A stretch of DNA of 63,715 nt, filler included, from Collodictyon triciliatum (taxonomy: Eukaryota): the NCBI GenBank assembly GCA_043381765.1. It is 6 parts of 6 records of this genome, joined end to end, with 100 filler letters (N's around TTAATTAATTAA, not from the genome) between each part and the next. Parts side by side here need not be neighbours in the genome. Positions count along the whole stretch, not along the records: positions 21,817 to 36,357 come from JBHJMP010000838.1; positions 36,458 to 54,445 come from JBHJMP010000841.1; 4 more parts are not named here. The stretch is one strand, 5' to 3'. This document shows, piece by piece, positions 26,567 through 40,600 of this stretch. A program made the translations under genes and the position numbers. Below the pieces are notes generated by a model, which saw nothing but the letters and a program-made list of their open reading frames with translations, did no database searches and was not told the DNA's origin. How positions within the stretch are numbered: the first letter of the stretch is position 1; the number at the start of each line of letters is the position of its first letter.

Positions 26567-29500
26567 TTATGTCTTGCGGAAGCTTCCGGGAGTCTGCGCA
26601 AAGGAGCGCGATACGAGCGAGTTTCAGAGATAAAAAGACAGAGTCGAGCCACCCAACAGAATAAGGGTAGGAAAAATATTGCCACGTTTTCTTTGACAAA
26701 GAAGGGCAAGATGTAAGAGAAAAAAAAACCTTTTGCGCCTGTTTTCGCTGCTTCTCCATCTCTGCTTCAATATCTTTCAGACATTTCTGTCGGTGGATTG
26801 TTTTTGAGAGAAGGAAAAGAAAAAGGAAAAGAAAAAGTAGCGGAAGCGTCAACAACTGCGAACATGATTTGTTTAAATAATGTAACTAAAAAAAATCTCC
26901 CAAACCGAAAAGGAAATCCTGAAGTTGTTCAGGGTGCCGAAAAAGTCCTCTACAGATGATTTGGCCTCCTCTCCAAACATCAGCAGCATCTGTAGATAGA
27001 GCAAAATCATTAGCGCTGATATTAAAGGCCTCATTTGTCGGTAAAATCAAACCTCTTCGCAACTTTTTTTCGTTTCTGCCAGGTTTTGGGAAATATCGTC
27101 CTTCTTGTTGACAGCTTCGGCATGGAATTCCTGCAAATAAATATTGATTTTTTGATTTGCAGATAGGGTAATACCCAACGCACAAAGCATGGTGGATGAT
27201 GCAGTTACGCCTTTGTTTCTTCGCGGTCGATTAGCATTCCCTTGCGCATATTTTTGAGAAGAGAAAAATATCCGCCTTTCTGCAAACTGTCATGGCTTCA
27301 AAAAAAAAAAATACATAAATGGTGAACCCACGTGAATAACAGCCTTGTAAACCCTTTCAGACTGCTCTGTGCACGCGTCGATTTCGGTCTGTAGCTGCGC
27401 GAGTCCCTTGTTAATAGCCCCCAACTCCGATTCGATTGTTGATATCATCACTGCAGGGATATTTGATTTGAAACTAAGCGCTTCTGAAGCAGATGATGTG
27501 AAATGCTTATAAATTTTGTGGTTGAGGGATTCAAAACCTTTGGTGGCGGTTTCTATAACAATCCAATTCTCGCTAAAGGTTAGGAGCTCCGGAGAATTCT
27601 TTGTTACCCATTTAACCAAATAATGGAGCAATGTTGTCCGATTATCACTACCCTTGGTATCCATCATCTAAAAAGGTGGTAATGAGTCAAGTCTTCATGC
27701 ACAGAACAGGAAAATTTTTTTCTTTATTTCCTTTTCTTTTTTCCCTCTTAATTCCCTAATTCCTTTGGATAACACATCAGCCCCACATATTATTTTATAT
27801 TAGTAACAGATTGAAACCTTCACGAGACTCTCAATCTTGAAGCCCTGTGCGTTTCCTCTAAACGATGTTCCATTCAAAAAGTTTCCAAAATAAAGAACAA
27901 CCTAGATGAATGCAAATCGATGCATAGAATTCAGTCTAATTCTCCCTTTTTTTCCCTTTTTTTTTCTCGCTCAGAACTTCAGTTTTGGTTCACAGTTTAG
28001 GCAAGCATGACTTGTTCCTGTTTGCAATTATGATCAAGTATATATTAATGTCGAGTATTTCTTACAGCCATCAAGCTTTTGAACTGTGCAGATTGGCAAA
28101 CAATCTTCGAGGCTTGAAGGAGAGTATTTATGTCCTAGTTGATTGATTTTACAAAGGCTTACAAAATGAGAAGCGATAGTTGGTGGTAATAGATCTTTTT
28201 GAATCCACATTCTTTGAAATTAATTAAGGCTCAGCAGCCAAACATATTCCTACATTGGATACTTCAAGAATAGATTGATCAAAAGTTCTCTTGAACATCC
28301 ATGATTCCAGCCGACTTTTGAGCCGGGGTACTTTGATTACTTCCATCATAAACTTTTCCGCGTTTCCAAGCTCATCCATGTCCCCACTGTAATTACTAAG
28401 CATCTCAATCTGCCAACATTTCGTGGTTTGTGAGAGTTTATTCTCCGAAAATGAATAAAAAAAATTAACAAAATAAAAACTTGTCAGTCGCAAATATGGT
28501 AAGGATTGTCTTTGAATCAAAGAAAGGGAAAAAAATATGGTAAGGTCTCTATTGACCTCTTCTGGGGTGGGGGACTGCGTAATCAAAGCCTTCAGGTCCT
28601 CCACAGAGAGCTTCTTTTCATCGAGGTCAATTATTGCTTGGTAGACATGCTGGTGAGACATCTTAAATCTTGATATCATAATTCCTTCGACATAAAAATA
28701 GAGCAAAATTTAGTTGATGGAGTTATCGGATGTAGAGGATTAAGACGTCACTTTATTCAAAATCATTATAAAAAAAGGATGTCTCTTACCAACATTGTTT
28801 GCACGCTTCATATCAAGTAAAGAAACAGCCTGAGATTTGCTAGGTGACGAGGGTGCTTTGGCTGGTTGAAATGTTGGTCGATTTTTTTATTTCCTTTCTT
28901 CTCTTTTTTCGTTTTTTTATTTAAAAAAAAAGGGCATCTCATCTATGTACAGTCATGTTTTGGAATTGGTGGAGATTACCTTCCACAACTTTGCTCCTAA
29001 AATTGTCCTCTAGGTCCGAAAAGTCGACACTTATATGGTCGGCTTTGATATTTCCCCAAAAAGTTTTATTTACCCTTCCGGGAGGAATCTTGGACTATGT
29101 TTCGGATTGAAAAGAAATCCATTCACGAAATCGAAGTAAAAAATACAGATGAGTACCGTCTTCTTCTGGTTAAACACTTGTCTCATCAGAAGCAGAGGAT
29201 CAGCAGTGGTTTTGCATGAGAATATGCGCCATACCCAATTGAATTGCTTCATCGGGACCGATGGTTTCGGTACAGGTGCAAATAATGATGCTGTTGGGAA
29301 GTCAATAAGCGAGGGGTCGTACGAATGTGCATGAAGCAATCTCTTGAATAAAGAGTGTTCTTACCACTAGAGCCACTCTGGTTCAAAGGCAAGGGTGGAC
29401 CAGACATCCCGGGTGGAGGTGGCGGTGCCGGACCAGATTTGAGTCCAAAGGGAGGCGGAGGCGGTGGAGGACCAGTCATTCCTGGTGGAGGCGGAGGTGG

Positions 29501-32500
29501 TGGCGGACCAGTCATTCCTGGTGGAGGAGGTGGTGGTGGCGGTCCAGACATTCCTGGCGGAGGTGGTGGCGGTCCAGACATTCCTGGCGGAGGAGGTGGC
29601 GGTGGAGGACCAGACATTCCTGGTGGAGGAGGTGGTGGAGGCGGACCAGACATTCCTGGTGGAGGAGGAGGCGGTGGAGGCTGTAATATGTTTGTTTGTT
29701 TTTTAAAAAAATTATTGTCTATAAACTTGTCTAATTAGGTCAAACAAAGCCACAATATTCCAGAAGAATACCTGGGGGTCTTCCAGCATGAGCAGATTTG
29801 AGAAAGAAAGTGAATTAATTGAAGTATTCAACTATGTAAAATGATTGTTTTGTTTGCTTTTTTTTTAAAAAAAAAAATAATATGAAAATCTGTTTGTGAT
29901 AATCGCCACTTTGTTGTTCTTGAAGTGTGGTGGGAAGTGGTTGACTTTGAATCGTTTGGCGACTTAGCAACTCCTCTTTTTCACGCTTAAGGAGTGCAAC
30001 TTTCTTGTTCAAGTCTGAGATTGTTGCTTGGTACGTCTCATAAACGGATTCGGCCTGCTCCTTGAAGATAAAAACTAGTGGAATTCAGCATACTTTAATG
30101 TTCTTTCTACTACTCACCCTTCAGAAAATTCAAAAAAAAAAGAAGGAAGAAAGTAATTTTGTTTATTAACTCCAAGCACTACCCCATTGCATATCAGAGT
30201 GAGCGAATGTGTAGTTCAGTTTTTGCAAAGAAAATCATTTGCGTTGTTTCAGCAAACCTTCTGACGGTTCTTCATCTGGAGTCAGGGTCGTCAGCTTTTG
30301 TGTCAAAAAGTCCATAAATTGCCATATTTTTGAGCGAGTGTCCCCAACCTATGTAGTGTTTCAAAATGAATGCACTTGCAGGGACTAACACCAGTATGGA
30401 TTTCCAACCATGACGAAAAAGAAAAGCCACTGATATGATTGTGAATCGAGCTTTACCTTGGGAAATAATAGCATGTTTTGATTAACAGAGAGAAGCCATT
30501 CCATCAAGTCACATTCAGCAAGCTCGGTCTTAAGTTGTCCGACGATTGCTATGGGGTCACTGAATCGAAATAATGGCGAGTTTATGTAAAGATTGTGAGC
30601 AAAAAGTAAGGGAGAGGAGAAATATAAATATTATTTGCGAGTAATGTATATATATTGGAAACGGACAGTATACTTTTTATCAAGAACGCCTAGTGGAGAT
30701 GATAGAGAGCAGAAACTCATAACAAGTGTCTGATCTTTTTTCGCCTCTTCGTAAAATGTGTCTATCAGGGCCTTTGTTTTTGGGTTTTCTTGGGACTGTA
30801 TCTCCTAGGAAAGCCATTCGTTTGGGTGGAAGAGTAAGGTTAGCCCATTCTGTTGGAAGGAATATAAATATGATACATGATACATAGCCCAAGCTTTTAA
30901 GTATTACCTCAAATACGCGAGTGATTTCGTGGCGAAGTAGATATTGTCTTGCGTTTATCCTGTCCTGGAGGTTCTTGGGAATGTTGCAAATGTAATTGAT
31001 AAGACCGATTATACTTGCCTACACCGATTTACATATTATTACACTTGTGTCATTTTTTCCGCATAATAGAAGCTTGTCGATAATTTTGCAATATAAATGC
31101 TGTCCAAAAAAAAAAGGGGTTCTCTTTCCATCAGTATATTCTATCCAAGTGAAAAGATATTCATATTACATGAAACTCTGGAGACCCTTTCATCTGAAGC
31201 AATTCAACTAGCTGAAAATAAGGATGCTTTTGATGGGAATCCGCAGATTCTTTAAAAACGGCATGGATAGCACTGCATAACGATAATGCCTTATTAAAGA
31301 AAAACACTACGCCAATCGCTTCGCCAGAGCATGGTAAAATCTCATTTCAATTGATAGGATTCAAATACATATAACACGAAACGAGGTAAATTGAAATAAG
31401 CGAACATTCTTCCACGTAAAAACATATACTAAACCTGATTCCATCCGGGCATGAATAAATTATAGAAGAGAGAATTCTCACTGAGGTCATTCTAACAGAC
31501 AGAGACCACAGAGAGTTTAAAATTTCAACCAAAATTTCACCAATTGCATCACTCTTTAAAATCGTCTCAGATATCTTCCCCTGAACGTAGAGTCAGGTAC
31601 CAGATGTTAGTTACGTAGGCCCGCATCAAAAAGTAAAAAAAAAAAAAGTAATATAATCAAGAACGGGTTCTAAGAATATCTGAACGCTTGCCAGACTACT
31701 CGATTGTTAGAAAAGGGCCTCATGACAGGTACAGATTAACAGAAGGTGATTATCAAAATAAACAATAAGTAAACAAAAAGGTTTACCTCATCTTTTTCGA
31801 GTAAAGCGATAATTGATCTAAGAATGTCTTGGATGATGCTTTCATCGATTCTATATAAAGTGCGATTCAGAACCATGAAGTTACGAAGAGATAAATGGAA
31901 AAACAAAAACAAAAACAAAAACAAAAACAAAAACAAAAACAAAAACAAAAACAAAAACAAAAACAAAAACAAAAACAAAAACAAAAACAAAAACAAAAAC
32001 AAAAACAAAAACAGAGAGGTGGGTAGATGTAACAATTTACTGGTATTTTTTTCTGTTGACGTATAATTCTAGAGTCTTTATAAGGCACTCGATTCCTCCA
32101 AGGTCAACAAATTCAAGTGCCCAAGCAGAGGGATTTCTTTCAATGGCCGAGCCCAACCCCAGTAGATTTGTGCACATGGAGTCCAGCTTTAACATGTTTA
32201 CATAGTACCTACAGGGTTTTGGATGAAGACTTAGTGGATGTCCTAGATAAATGCATGATTAACGAAAAGAAACAGATGGGCATTTGAGAAAGTGTAGCCA
32301 CTGAGCATCTGAATGGTCTTAATAGTTAAAATATTACTATCTTATCCTTCCAAAAAAGAAAACAAAGTGAGTTCGAGATTGTGAATTTCTTTGAATTCTA
32401 TTTATTGACAGGTAGTATGGACGTGATATTGGGTGAATAGTACTTGGGAGTGTCGAAGGAGACAGAGGCAAATCTAGCTGACTGGCTTCTGTTTGTTCCC

Positions 32501-34211
32501 TTCTCACAATAAATTAGTCAAAGTTTCATCGATAGATAAGAAAAAAATAAAGATGAGTTTATGCACCAGAATTTATGATTGAAAACATATCAAGGACCGA
32601 CTTTTCGAGAGAAAGAAAAATCTTTCGGTCCTTGTTTTCTCACAGCTTTTTCTCTAATGGACAGGTTTTCTTTAGATGTGACTCCTTGAGAATGTAGAGA
32701 ATGTCTTGGATCCAGGATGACTTGTTTTTTTTGTGGAAGAAATTTTAGATGGCGAAAAATTAACAATTTTCAAAATAAAATAGAGTCTTAACTGCCAGAT
32801 ATTTGTGATTCTGTTTTTTCATAGTGACGAAATACCGTCTTAACCATTACCTTCATTTTTTCCGTAACACAGGACGTAATCTCCGTCGGTTGACAGAGCC
32901 AATTTCTTTACAAGATCCACAACCAATGTGGATACTGGTAAGAACAAATCAGTGGAGAATGAATGGAAGGTCTCGTCGGGGAGTCTTAAGGTCAGATTTA
33001 CAGCCTTTACTCGAATCTCAACTGTATCTTTGTTTGAGACGTCCTTTGGCATAGCGTCATCTCCCATCAAGATCAACTAGAAACATAGAAAGATATTGAG
33101 GGGGCTTTCCAACTCAAAGAAACGCAAGCTCATATATTTCTAACCCTAGAATCAGACCTCAAATACACTTTGCAACTAAATGTCATGTATGAAGAACCGA
33201 AAGTCAAAAAAATAAAAATAAAAATAAAAATAAAAAGGGCATATCATATGGAGGTGAAAGGAAGAATAAAAAAAAACATATCAAATAGAGGTAATTCTCA
33301 AAATGAGAATATAATGATGAAGAGTTGTAATGTGAATAATTTTGAATGGTTGAAAATTAAACCTTGCGATTGGTGAAGAAGACAACCAAGTTTTGAGAAG
33401 GGTGCTCCAACGACAGTCTGTAGAATTATTAGCAGATTAAGATAATTATAGGTACGTTTTGGTCGGATTCTAATAATATTCACGGTGATGTCACGCATCT
33501 CATAGGAGAGGTAGAGTGGATTGACAATGAAGGGGAGAGAAAAAGCAAGAGAAATAGCAGAGGTTGTGAACCTTTTTACCACCCAGTTGATAAACTTTTG
33601 CGCGGTGGTGTTCTGAAAGTCATACTCGACGACTTTTTGGGCGATGCTGGACAATCCCTCCTGAAGAAGTAGCTTGACGCGAACACGATCCAAGCTTCTC
33701 AACTCAAAGACGGCCTTTTGAGCGGAATGGAGAAGAAAAAAATAAAAAAATAAAAAAAAGAAATAAAAAAGAAATAAAAAAGAAATCGGTTAAGGGAAAG
33801 GAAAAATAAGAGACGGAAACAGCAAAAGGACAAAGGACAAAGGACAGAGTGGGAAGTAAGCATGTGCCGACGTCGGGCAGAGCACGAGGCAGAGAGGAGA
33901 GGCGAGCAGGCGCCTCTGCACAGAAGCAATGTTGGGAGAGAGGAAGCGTCGAACGGAGGCGGAGAACTGACGGTGGACAGAAGGGCGTATTCGTTGATGG
34001 TGTCCTGCGGAGAAAGCGGAACAGCCTTTCCCGAGACGTTTGGGCGGGCGTAAAGGGCGAGACGCTCGGGCTTCTGGGAGGTGATTTCTCTGCGGACGAC
34101 GTGCTGGAGAAGCTGCTCCACACGCGTGGTTGGCGGGAAAAGAAGCGTCGTGCTTTCGATCTCGGCGAGGCCGTCCTCCACGAGGATGCGGATGGGCACA
34201 GCCACACTCAT
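26567..34211 (-). CDS. Formin: N-terminal ubiquitin-fold (talin F0/F1-like) domains, GBD/FH3, FH1 polyproline, FH2
   Basis: FH1 (GM[S/T]GPPPPPPP)n at 29400-29680. FH2 motifs PMKQFNW, LLDMKRANNV, GNFLNGTSFRGNAQGFKIESL, DTKGSDNRTTLLHYL. The last exon boundary is inferred. Confidence 0.93.
28492..28545 (+). mobile_element. Diverged family A micro-retroposon in a formin intron
   Basis: AAATATGGTAAGG repeated around CTTTGAATCAAAGAAAGGG-An. Confidence 0.75.
31900..32012. repeat. (AAAAAC)n intronic microsatellite
   Basis: Visible directly. Confidence 0.97.
33240..33292 (+). mobile_element. Ultra-short family B micro-retroposon in a formin intron
   Basis: CATATCATATGGAGGT / CATATCAAATAGAGGT flank GAAAGGAAGAAT-A9. 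Confidence 0.8.
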
Positions 34212-34575
34212 GGCAAACTCACAACCTCACAGACACACGCCCGTTCACACGCTGCTATCGAAGGTTCTGTCGGGAAGGCCGGCGGCTCTGGTGTGTCCGG
34301 GGCTCTTTCGATCTGCGATTCGTTGCGTGTTATTTCTGACGGGTCCGCTCTCGCATCATCCTGTCGCTTTTCAGATTGCGCGTCATATCCAAGGATTTTA
34401 TAATCTGCGCATTTTTTTTCTCTCTTCTCTTTTCTTTTTCTTTTTTTCGTTTTTCTTTTTCTTTTTTTTTTTTTTTTTTTCTGCAAGAACGCAGTGGAAG
34501 AGCAGAAGCGGATGCATCGGCACGTGTTTTAGGATTGGCGCTTGGAATCCACGGCCAAGGAAGCTGCGGCCAGCG

Positions 34576-36195
34576 TCAGAGTTCGCCGGCAGCGTCTGTT
34601 CCGGGGCCGGCAAGCAGGGTGGACAGCATCAGCTCCTGCACAAACATGGGCCGCGCGTGCCGCTCCAACCGGCGCTTCTGCGAGGGCGAATCGTCCGGGC
34701 GGCTCTGTCCGGCGGCAGCCTCGGTCGCGTCTGTGGCAGTCTGCGCAGCGCCAGTGCGGCCGGCTGCAAAGGGAAACGCCGAAGACTCGCGGTGCATCGT
34801 CCTCATCCCGGCAACCATCTCCGCGAATCTCCCGAACGACGGCCCTCCAAAGGGCGACTGCTCTGTCGGCTGCGGCGGCTGCTGCTGTAGATGCGGATGC
34901 GTATGCGGCAAAAAGCCTTCGAAGCTCGGCTGCCACGAAAACAAGGAGTCGTGCGGAGGGCGGTCGTCTCCGTCGGTGCTGAGTCGAAACGGAGCGTGCG
35001 TCCCCGGCAGCATCGGATGCAGAGGGGCGCCGGACGCACCAAACGGATTCGCAGACAGGGGCGTCGGGCCGTCTGCTTCTCTCCCAAGAAGGCCCGGATA
35101 CCCTCGGAAGCGGGGCGACCGGCTCCTGCTGGATGCGCGCGGCTCTTCGCCCTCGCTTGGGTGCTGCTCACGTCCCGACAGCCCGAATGTGAACGCGTTG
35201 GGTCGCCCCGCATCAAACCCCGTCTCCATGCCTCTCAGGAAGGGTCCGCTGCCGGGCGCGTCTGTGGCCCCGAATGACCCGAACGGAGGTCGTGCGTTTG
35301 TCCGGTACGATGGCGGCGGCATTGGGAATCCAAAGTCGGGTCTGGACGGCTGGGTTGGTGCGGCATTCGGCATGAATCGTTGTGGATTAGAGGCCATGTC
35401 TTTACATGCATGCGCAGGTGGATGATTGGATGGGCGCGTGTGTGTATTTGCGTATTTGCGTATTGGTATAGGGATATGTTGGGATTTGGGGGGCTATTCG
35501 ATTGCCTGGATTAGTTGCCGATGAGACTCGGCCATGTGCTCAATCAACCGGCCTCCAAAAAACGCCGGCTCATACCCTGTGAAGGCGCAGACAGGACAGA
35601 ACTAAAGGCAGCAGTATTCGATCGTGAGTGTGGAATACTTTTCCATCAAAGATCAATTACGCTGGTGTGGTTTTGAAATAGCTAAAAAATAAATAAATAA
35701 AAAGTAGAACTGTAAAACGATGCCTACAGCGTCTCTGTCGCCTTCGCGATGATTACGCAGATGTCTGAAGAGGTCTCGAGCCTGCATGAAGGGATATTAG
35801 GGGAGATGTTTCGGGAGCAATGCAGATGAAATAAAATAAAAAAAAGCAAAGCAAGATAAGCGCCGTTATGCGGGAGATCAAATTTAAATGAATTTTCAAG
35901 TGGAAGGAAAACAGACCGGCAAACCAGTTCTGGGGCAATAAGGGCATGTGAGAACTCCCTCAGAGGCATCAAGGTCACCTGGAAAGGTGTGAAAAAATGT
36001 CACATGAGGATATATCTTGGAAATGCCATCGTCATTCCTTTGCTCAAAGATAACTACTGTGAGAAAAAAAATCAGCCGTATTTACTCTGCGGGGCAAAGA
36101 CAGGCTGCATGCTGTGTGTAGGAGTGTGTTCGCCAACTGTCAGTGACGACGAGAAGCAGTCACTACAAAGGTCAAAGTTTGCACATACCAGACAC
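34576..36195 (-). CDS. KCMF1: KCMF1-like E3 ubiquitin ligase (ZZ plus Di19-type C2H2 fingers), 5' end cut off by contig end
   Basis: Exons CLVCANFDLCSDCF..HTPTHSMQ, LTCPYC, LFRHLRNH, CPVCA..LIEHMAESH, and C-terminal RPMFVQELMLSTL matching the KCMF1 FVQELLLSTL motif. Confidence 0.88.
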
Positions 36196-36261
36196 CTGAT
36201 TCGTTAAGGTGGCGTTGAGAAAAAAAAAGCTGCTATGCTGGTTACGCACCATTTGTTCCTT

Positions 36262-36357
<96 letters not shown>

Positions 36358-37653
36358 NNNNNNNNNNNNNNNNNNNNNNNNNNNNNNNNNNNNNNNNNNN
36401 NTTAATTAATTAANNNNNNNNNNNNNNNNNNNNNNNNNNNNNNNNNNNNNNNNNNNNCCGATGTCATCTCCCAATGAATTTTCGTAGAGAACGTATATTT
36501 CTGGATATTCTGTCCATAGGAATTTTTTCAAGGCCTGTTTTGGTGTGCTGACCTCTCTCTGGTGATGCCTTGCTTGCTTTCGATGAAAATCTGTGGCGCG
36601 CGTTGACACATATCTGTATTCGCACTGGCCTTTTTTTGGAATTCTCAAAGTATATTCTGACTGAATCCGTTGAGGTGATTGTCACAAAGAACTTTCTATG
36701 AAAATTACTTCAATTATCCTATCTTCAGTATTTAATTTAGTTAATAAGTGGATTTTATAAATAATCACATATAATGATATGTAGCAGAGATAAGATTGCT
36801 GCATATCTAAAGAAAATTAGGAAAGTGTAATTATATAATTAAAGTGACAAATATGTCTTACATGTCTGTTAAAGTTGTCGGTTTGACAAATTAAACACTA
36901 TTTTCCAGAATTGGTATAAAGATACATGTGAAAATTAGGGCGATTTGTTAAAAAATGTGAATCCAGAATGCCTTTGTCACACTAAGAGGCACACCCAATC
37001 GCCAGGTTGCTTGAGCTAAAAATGTTTGTGCACTTACCTGACCCTACAGTTTGTGCGAAGGCTCTCAACACCGAACCCTACTGGCAAGGGCCACCTTAGA
37101 GATAATTGGCTGTGCTCTCATAAATCCACCAGGTTGTGACCTGCAACTCTCTTAGTTTCACCTCTATTTTTTTTTTAAAAAAAAAATTAATTGTTTGGGC
37201 TGTCTTCAAGTATTTAGTTTTCACCTGCTCATTCGCCAGTTGAAGGATATCGTTTCCGCTGGTATATTGATATGAAGACCTTAATCTAGTAGAGAAGGTT
37301 TGAATTTTTTTTTTTTTTTTTTTGCATTTTTCTGGCAAGCAACCTCGCATTATAGGGTCAAAGAACCACCTCAAGAAAAAGATAAACATTCGATTCCGAG
37401 ATGGCTAGCTGGTTCGCAACAAAGAATTTAGGTGCTATATTTCGTTTTCACAAACACCCCAAAAGTGAATTGCATCACAGCTGAGAGTTGATACGAAGCA
37501 GTTGTGGCATTCACCACTTCGTGCTCACAGCCATAAACTGATGAATATTACATGTTTATAAAATTACGGACATATTTCAGATTCGGCACCTTGCCGAAAA
37601 GGGATGTTTTATTGACGCTCAGCTGCGCAGTTTTAGCTTTGGATGTTGGCGTC

Positions 37654-40600
37654 TCAGTGGGTTCCTGTTTGGCGCTGAACCAGCTGCGAATAGAATCCAC
37701 CTTGCTTGAGAAGCTCTTCGTGTCGGCCTTCCTCCACGACACATCCCTGTTGCAACACGATAATCTTGTCCGCGTTGCGCACGGTGGAGAGACGATGCGC
37801 AATCACAATTGTGGTGCGGTTTTGCATCGCTCGCTCAAGGGCAGCTTGGACCTGTGGGACAAGGCATGAGAGACAATCTAGCGTAGAACGGAAATAATTG
37901 ATGAAATATCATGAGCGCGAGTGAAAAAAGAAACGTTAAAAATTGTCAATCTAGGATGAGAAACGCACGATGGCTTCGCTTTCGGTATCCAGGGCACTCG
38001 TAGCTTCATCCAGGAGGAGGATAGGTGGATTCTTTAGCACAGCACGGGCGATGGCAATACGTTGCTTCTGCCCACCAGATAGTTGTGTCCCACGCTCGCC
38101 CACGTATGTGTTAAATCTGTAATTGTGTAATCGATTTGTGTGAATCGGCCTCCGTAATTACTGTCACTCAAAATATGACTGGTCTTACTTGTCTGGCAGG
38201 CGAGATATGAACTCATATGCATTTGCTATGCGTGCTGCTTCCTGTATTGATGGATTATTTCATGTTATAGAAACATGAGATAATGGCCCCTTCGAAAAAG
38301 AAATAAAAATATGCAGAAAAATGATGATGAGAGAAAATACCTCGATTTGAGCATCCGTCGCTGATGCGACACCATATGCGATATTGTCTTTGATACTGCA
38401 AGCAAACAAAACTGGCTCCTGACTGACAAGGCCCAATTGTCTGCGAAGCCACTCTGTGTTTATCTTGCTGATATCAATACCGTCCAAAGTAATGGTGCCT
38501 GAATGGGGAAGGTAAAATCTCTCCAAAAGCGAAATCTAAGAGATTTATCATTTTCATTATTAATGTTAAAAAAAAGTTGTTTAAAAAAACCTATTCTGTC
38601 GCTTACTTCTCGTATCGCTTTTGATATTTTATAGGAATCGAATAGGAGCATTTAAATCCAATTTTATGTTCAATATTTTGATAGTATTTTATATAACCCC
38701 TTACGACACTACTCTTTCCACTCCCACTACTTCCCACAAGAGCAACAGTCTTCCCAGCTGGAACCTATATTTGGTAATACACCGCTCCAATAAGTCCTCG
38801 GGCACACATTTTTAAAGATAGACAGGGTTATTAGAGCCCATAAGTGGGTATAATGATAATTATTATTCTATTTTTTGGCGACGAAAACAGGGATACTACA
38901 AATGACAGACAGACCGAAATGTCAACGCCTTTGAATATAGGAATGTCAGGTCGAGTTGGGTAGGAAAAGCTGACATTGTGAAAGTTGACATTGCCAGTAA
39001 TACTAGAAGGATGTATTCCGTCTGGGGACATCGATTCAACCTTAGACTTTGTGTCTATAATCTTAAAGATTTCACGAGTAGCCATTTGAGTCTTCGCGAG
39101 GTCTGGCAAGGTAGATGATATCTACAATTGAATAATCCTTTGGTTAGAATATCATTCTCTAGGTTATCGCTACATAAAACCATATTAGATACCTCGCATG
39201 GTACTGGAAAATTATGATATTAAACGACATTGACAAAACCATTCATAGATCAGTAAGAGGAACCTGGCCACTCGCCATCGTGGAAAAGACGATGGCAAAG
39301 ACGACTCTCATAACATCATCGAAATCCATTTCACCCTTGTCGATAAGGACAGAGCCATACCTGCCCATTTAAAAATCGAAAAAAAACGATATAAAATTGA
39401 TGTTGAAATACACTTTGGTATTCCATCATAAATCATTGCGTCCTTTCTTCTGAAATAGAGTAGTCGAGGATGACAAATAAATACCAACCAGAATGACAAT
39501 GAATAGGAAAAGAACATAATTCCTTGCGAAACACCAAAACCTATCCCACTAAAGTGAGATTTCTTAACTCCAGAACGAAGAGGTTCGACGAGCCGTCTCT
39601 TAAAGTCGAAAAATGGTAGAAAATGGCTATGGTGAATGGAACTTGCTAGGGAACCGAATTATTTCAAGGAATATTACCTGGTATTCCTCAAACATGCGGT
39701 CCTCTAAGGTGAACGAACAAATTGTTCTGACTCCAGAAATGGACTTTTGGATAAATGAGTCGTCTTAGAGAAATCTTTAATATCATAGCAGGGCTTATAA
39801 TTATAGTAATATTCATAATCATCATCATAATAATAATACCTGGCTGGTAATTTCACCGGCATTTTCAAAAGCTTTGGTAGCCTCCTTCGCAAAGCCTCCC
39901 AAAAAGGCCATTTGGAGATAGCCAGAGAGGAAGATGACAGGTGCGATAGATAGGATGACTAGAGTCAACTCCCAACCAGAGTAAAAGGCAATACCCAAAC
40001 CAGCTCCTATAGTCACCAGATTCTGCACAGACATTTGAATCCTACATAAAAATTGTCACATCATTATTCTTTAAAAGCATTATTTTATCTTTATTTATCA
40101 TTATCTATTTTTATAACTTGTATCCTATTGATAAAATAAGGAGAAAATACCATTTAAGTCAAACATAATATATCTGTATTCACCTCATCACGTTTCCTGA
40201 TACAAGAGTGGCATCAGACGCTAGCTTTGTAGAGAGCTTTCCTGTGGTGTGGGCGGGCATATCAAAGTAACTAAGAAAATTGTCGTTAATAATATGATAC
40301 TATCACATTTATTCAAGGATCGATTATGAAAATAAGTAAAATAACGTGATTGTGTAGATTTCTTTGAATCGAACAAAGGGGAAAAAACATGATTCTGTAG
40401 ATTTGTCTTTTTTTTTTTTTGTGGATAAATACTGAATAAATTAGTGAATAGCAAAAAAAAAAAAAAATGAGCAAGTACCCAATATCCTGATTTAGAATCG
40501 AGGCGAAGCTCATGCGCCTTAATTTTCTCGTTAGACGCTCAGAGACAATACCGAAGGATGTTCCTCGGAATGTTTCGAACGAGATAGATGCAACTCCAAG

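Noticed and set aside
34081-35425. Long plus-strand ORFs (269 and 349 aa) and similar overlapping ORFs at 16-19 kb and 22.9-24 kb
   Set aside because: These are antisense or off-frame shadows of GC-rich real exons or promoters, with no recognisable motifs.
37032-37095. ACTTACCTG resembling the U1 snRNA 5' end
   Set aside because: No U1-70K or U1A loops and no Sm site follow. It reads better as a minus-strand CAG|GTAAGT donor.
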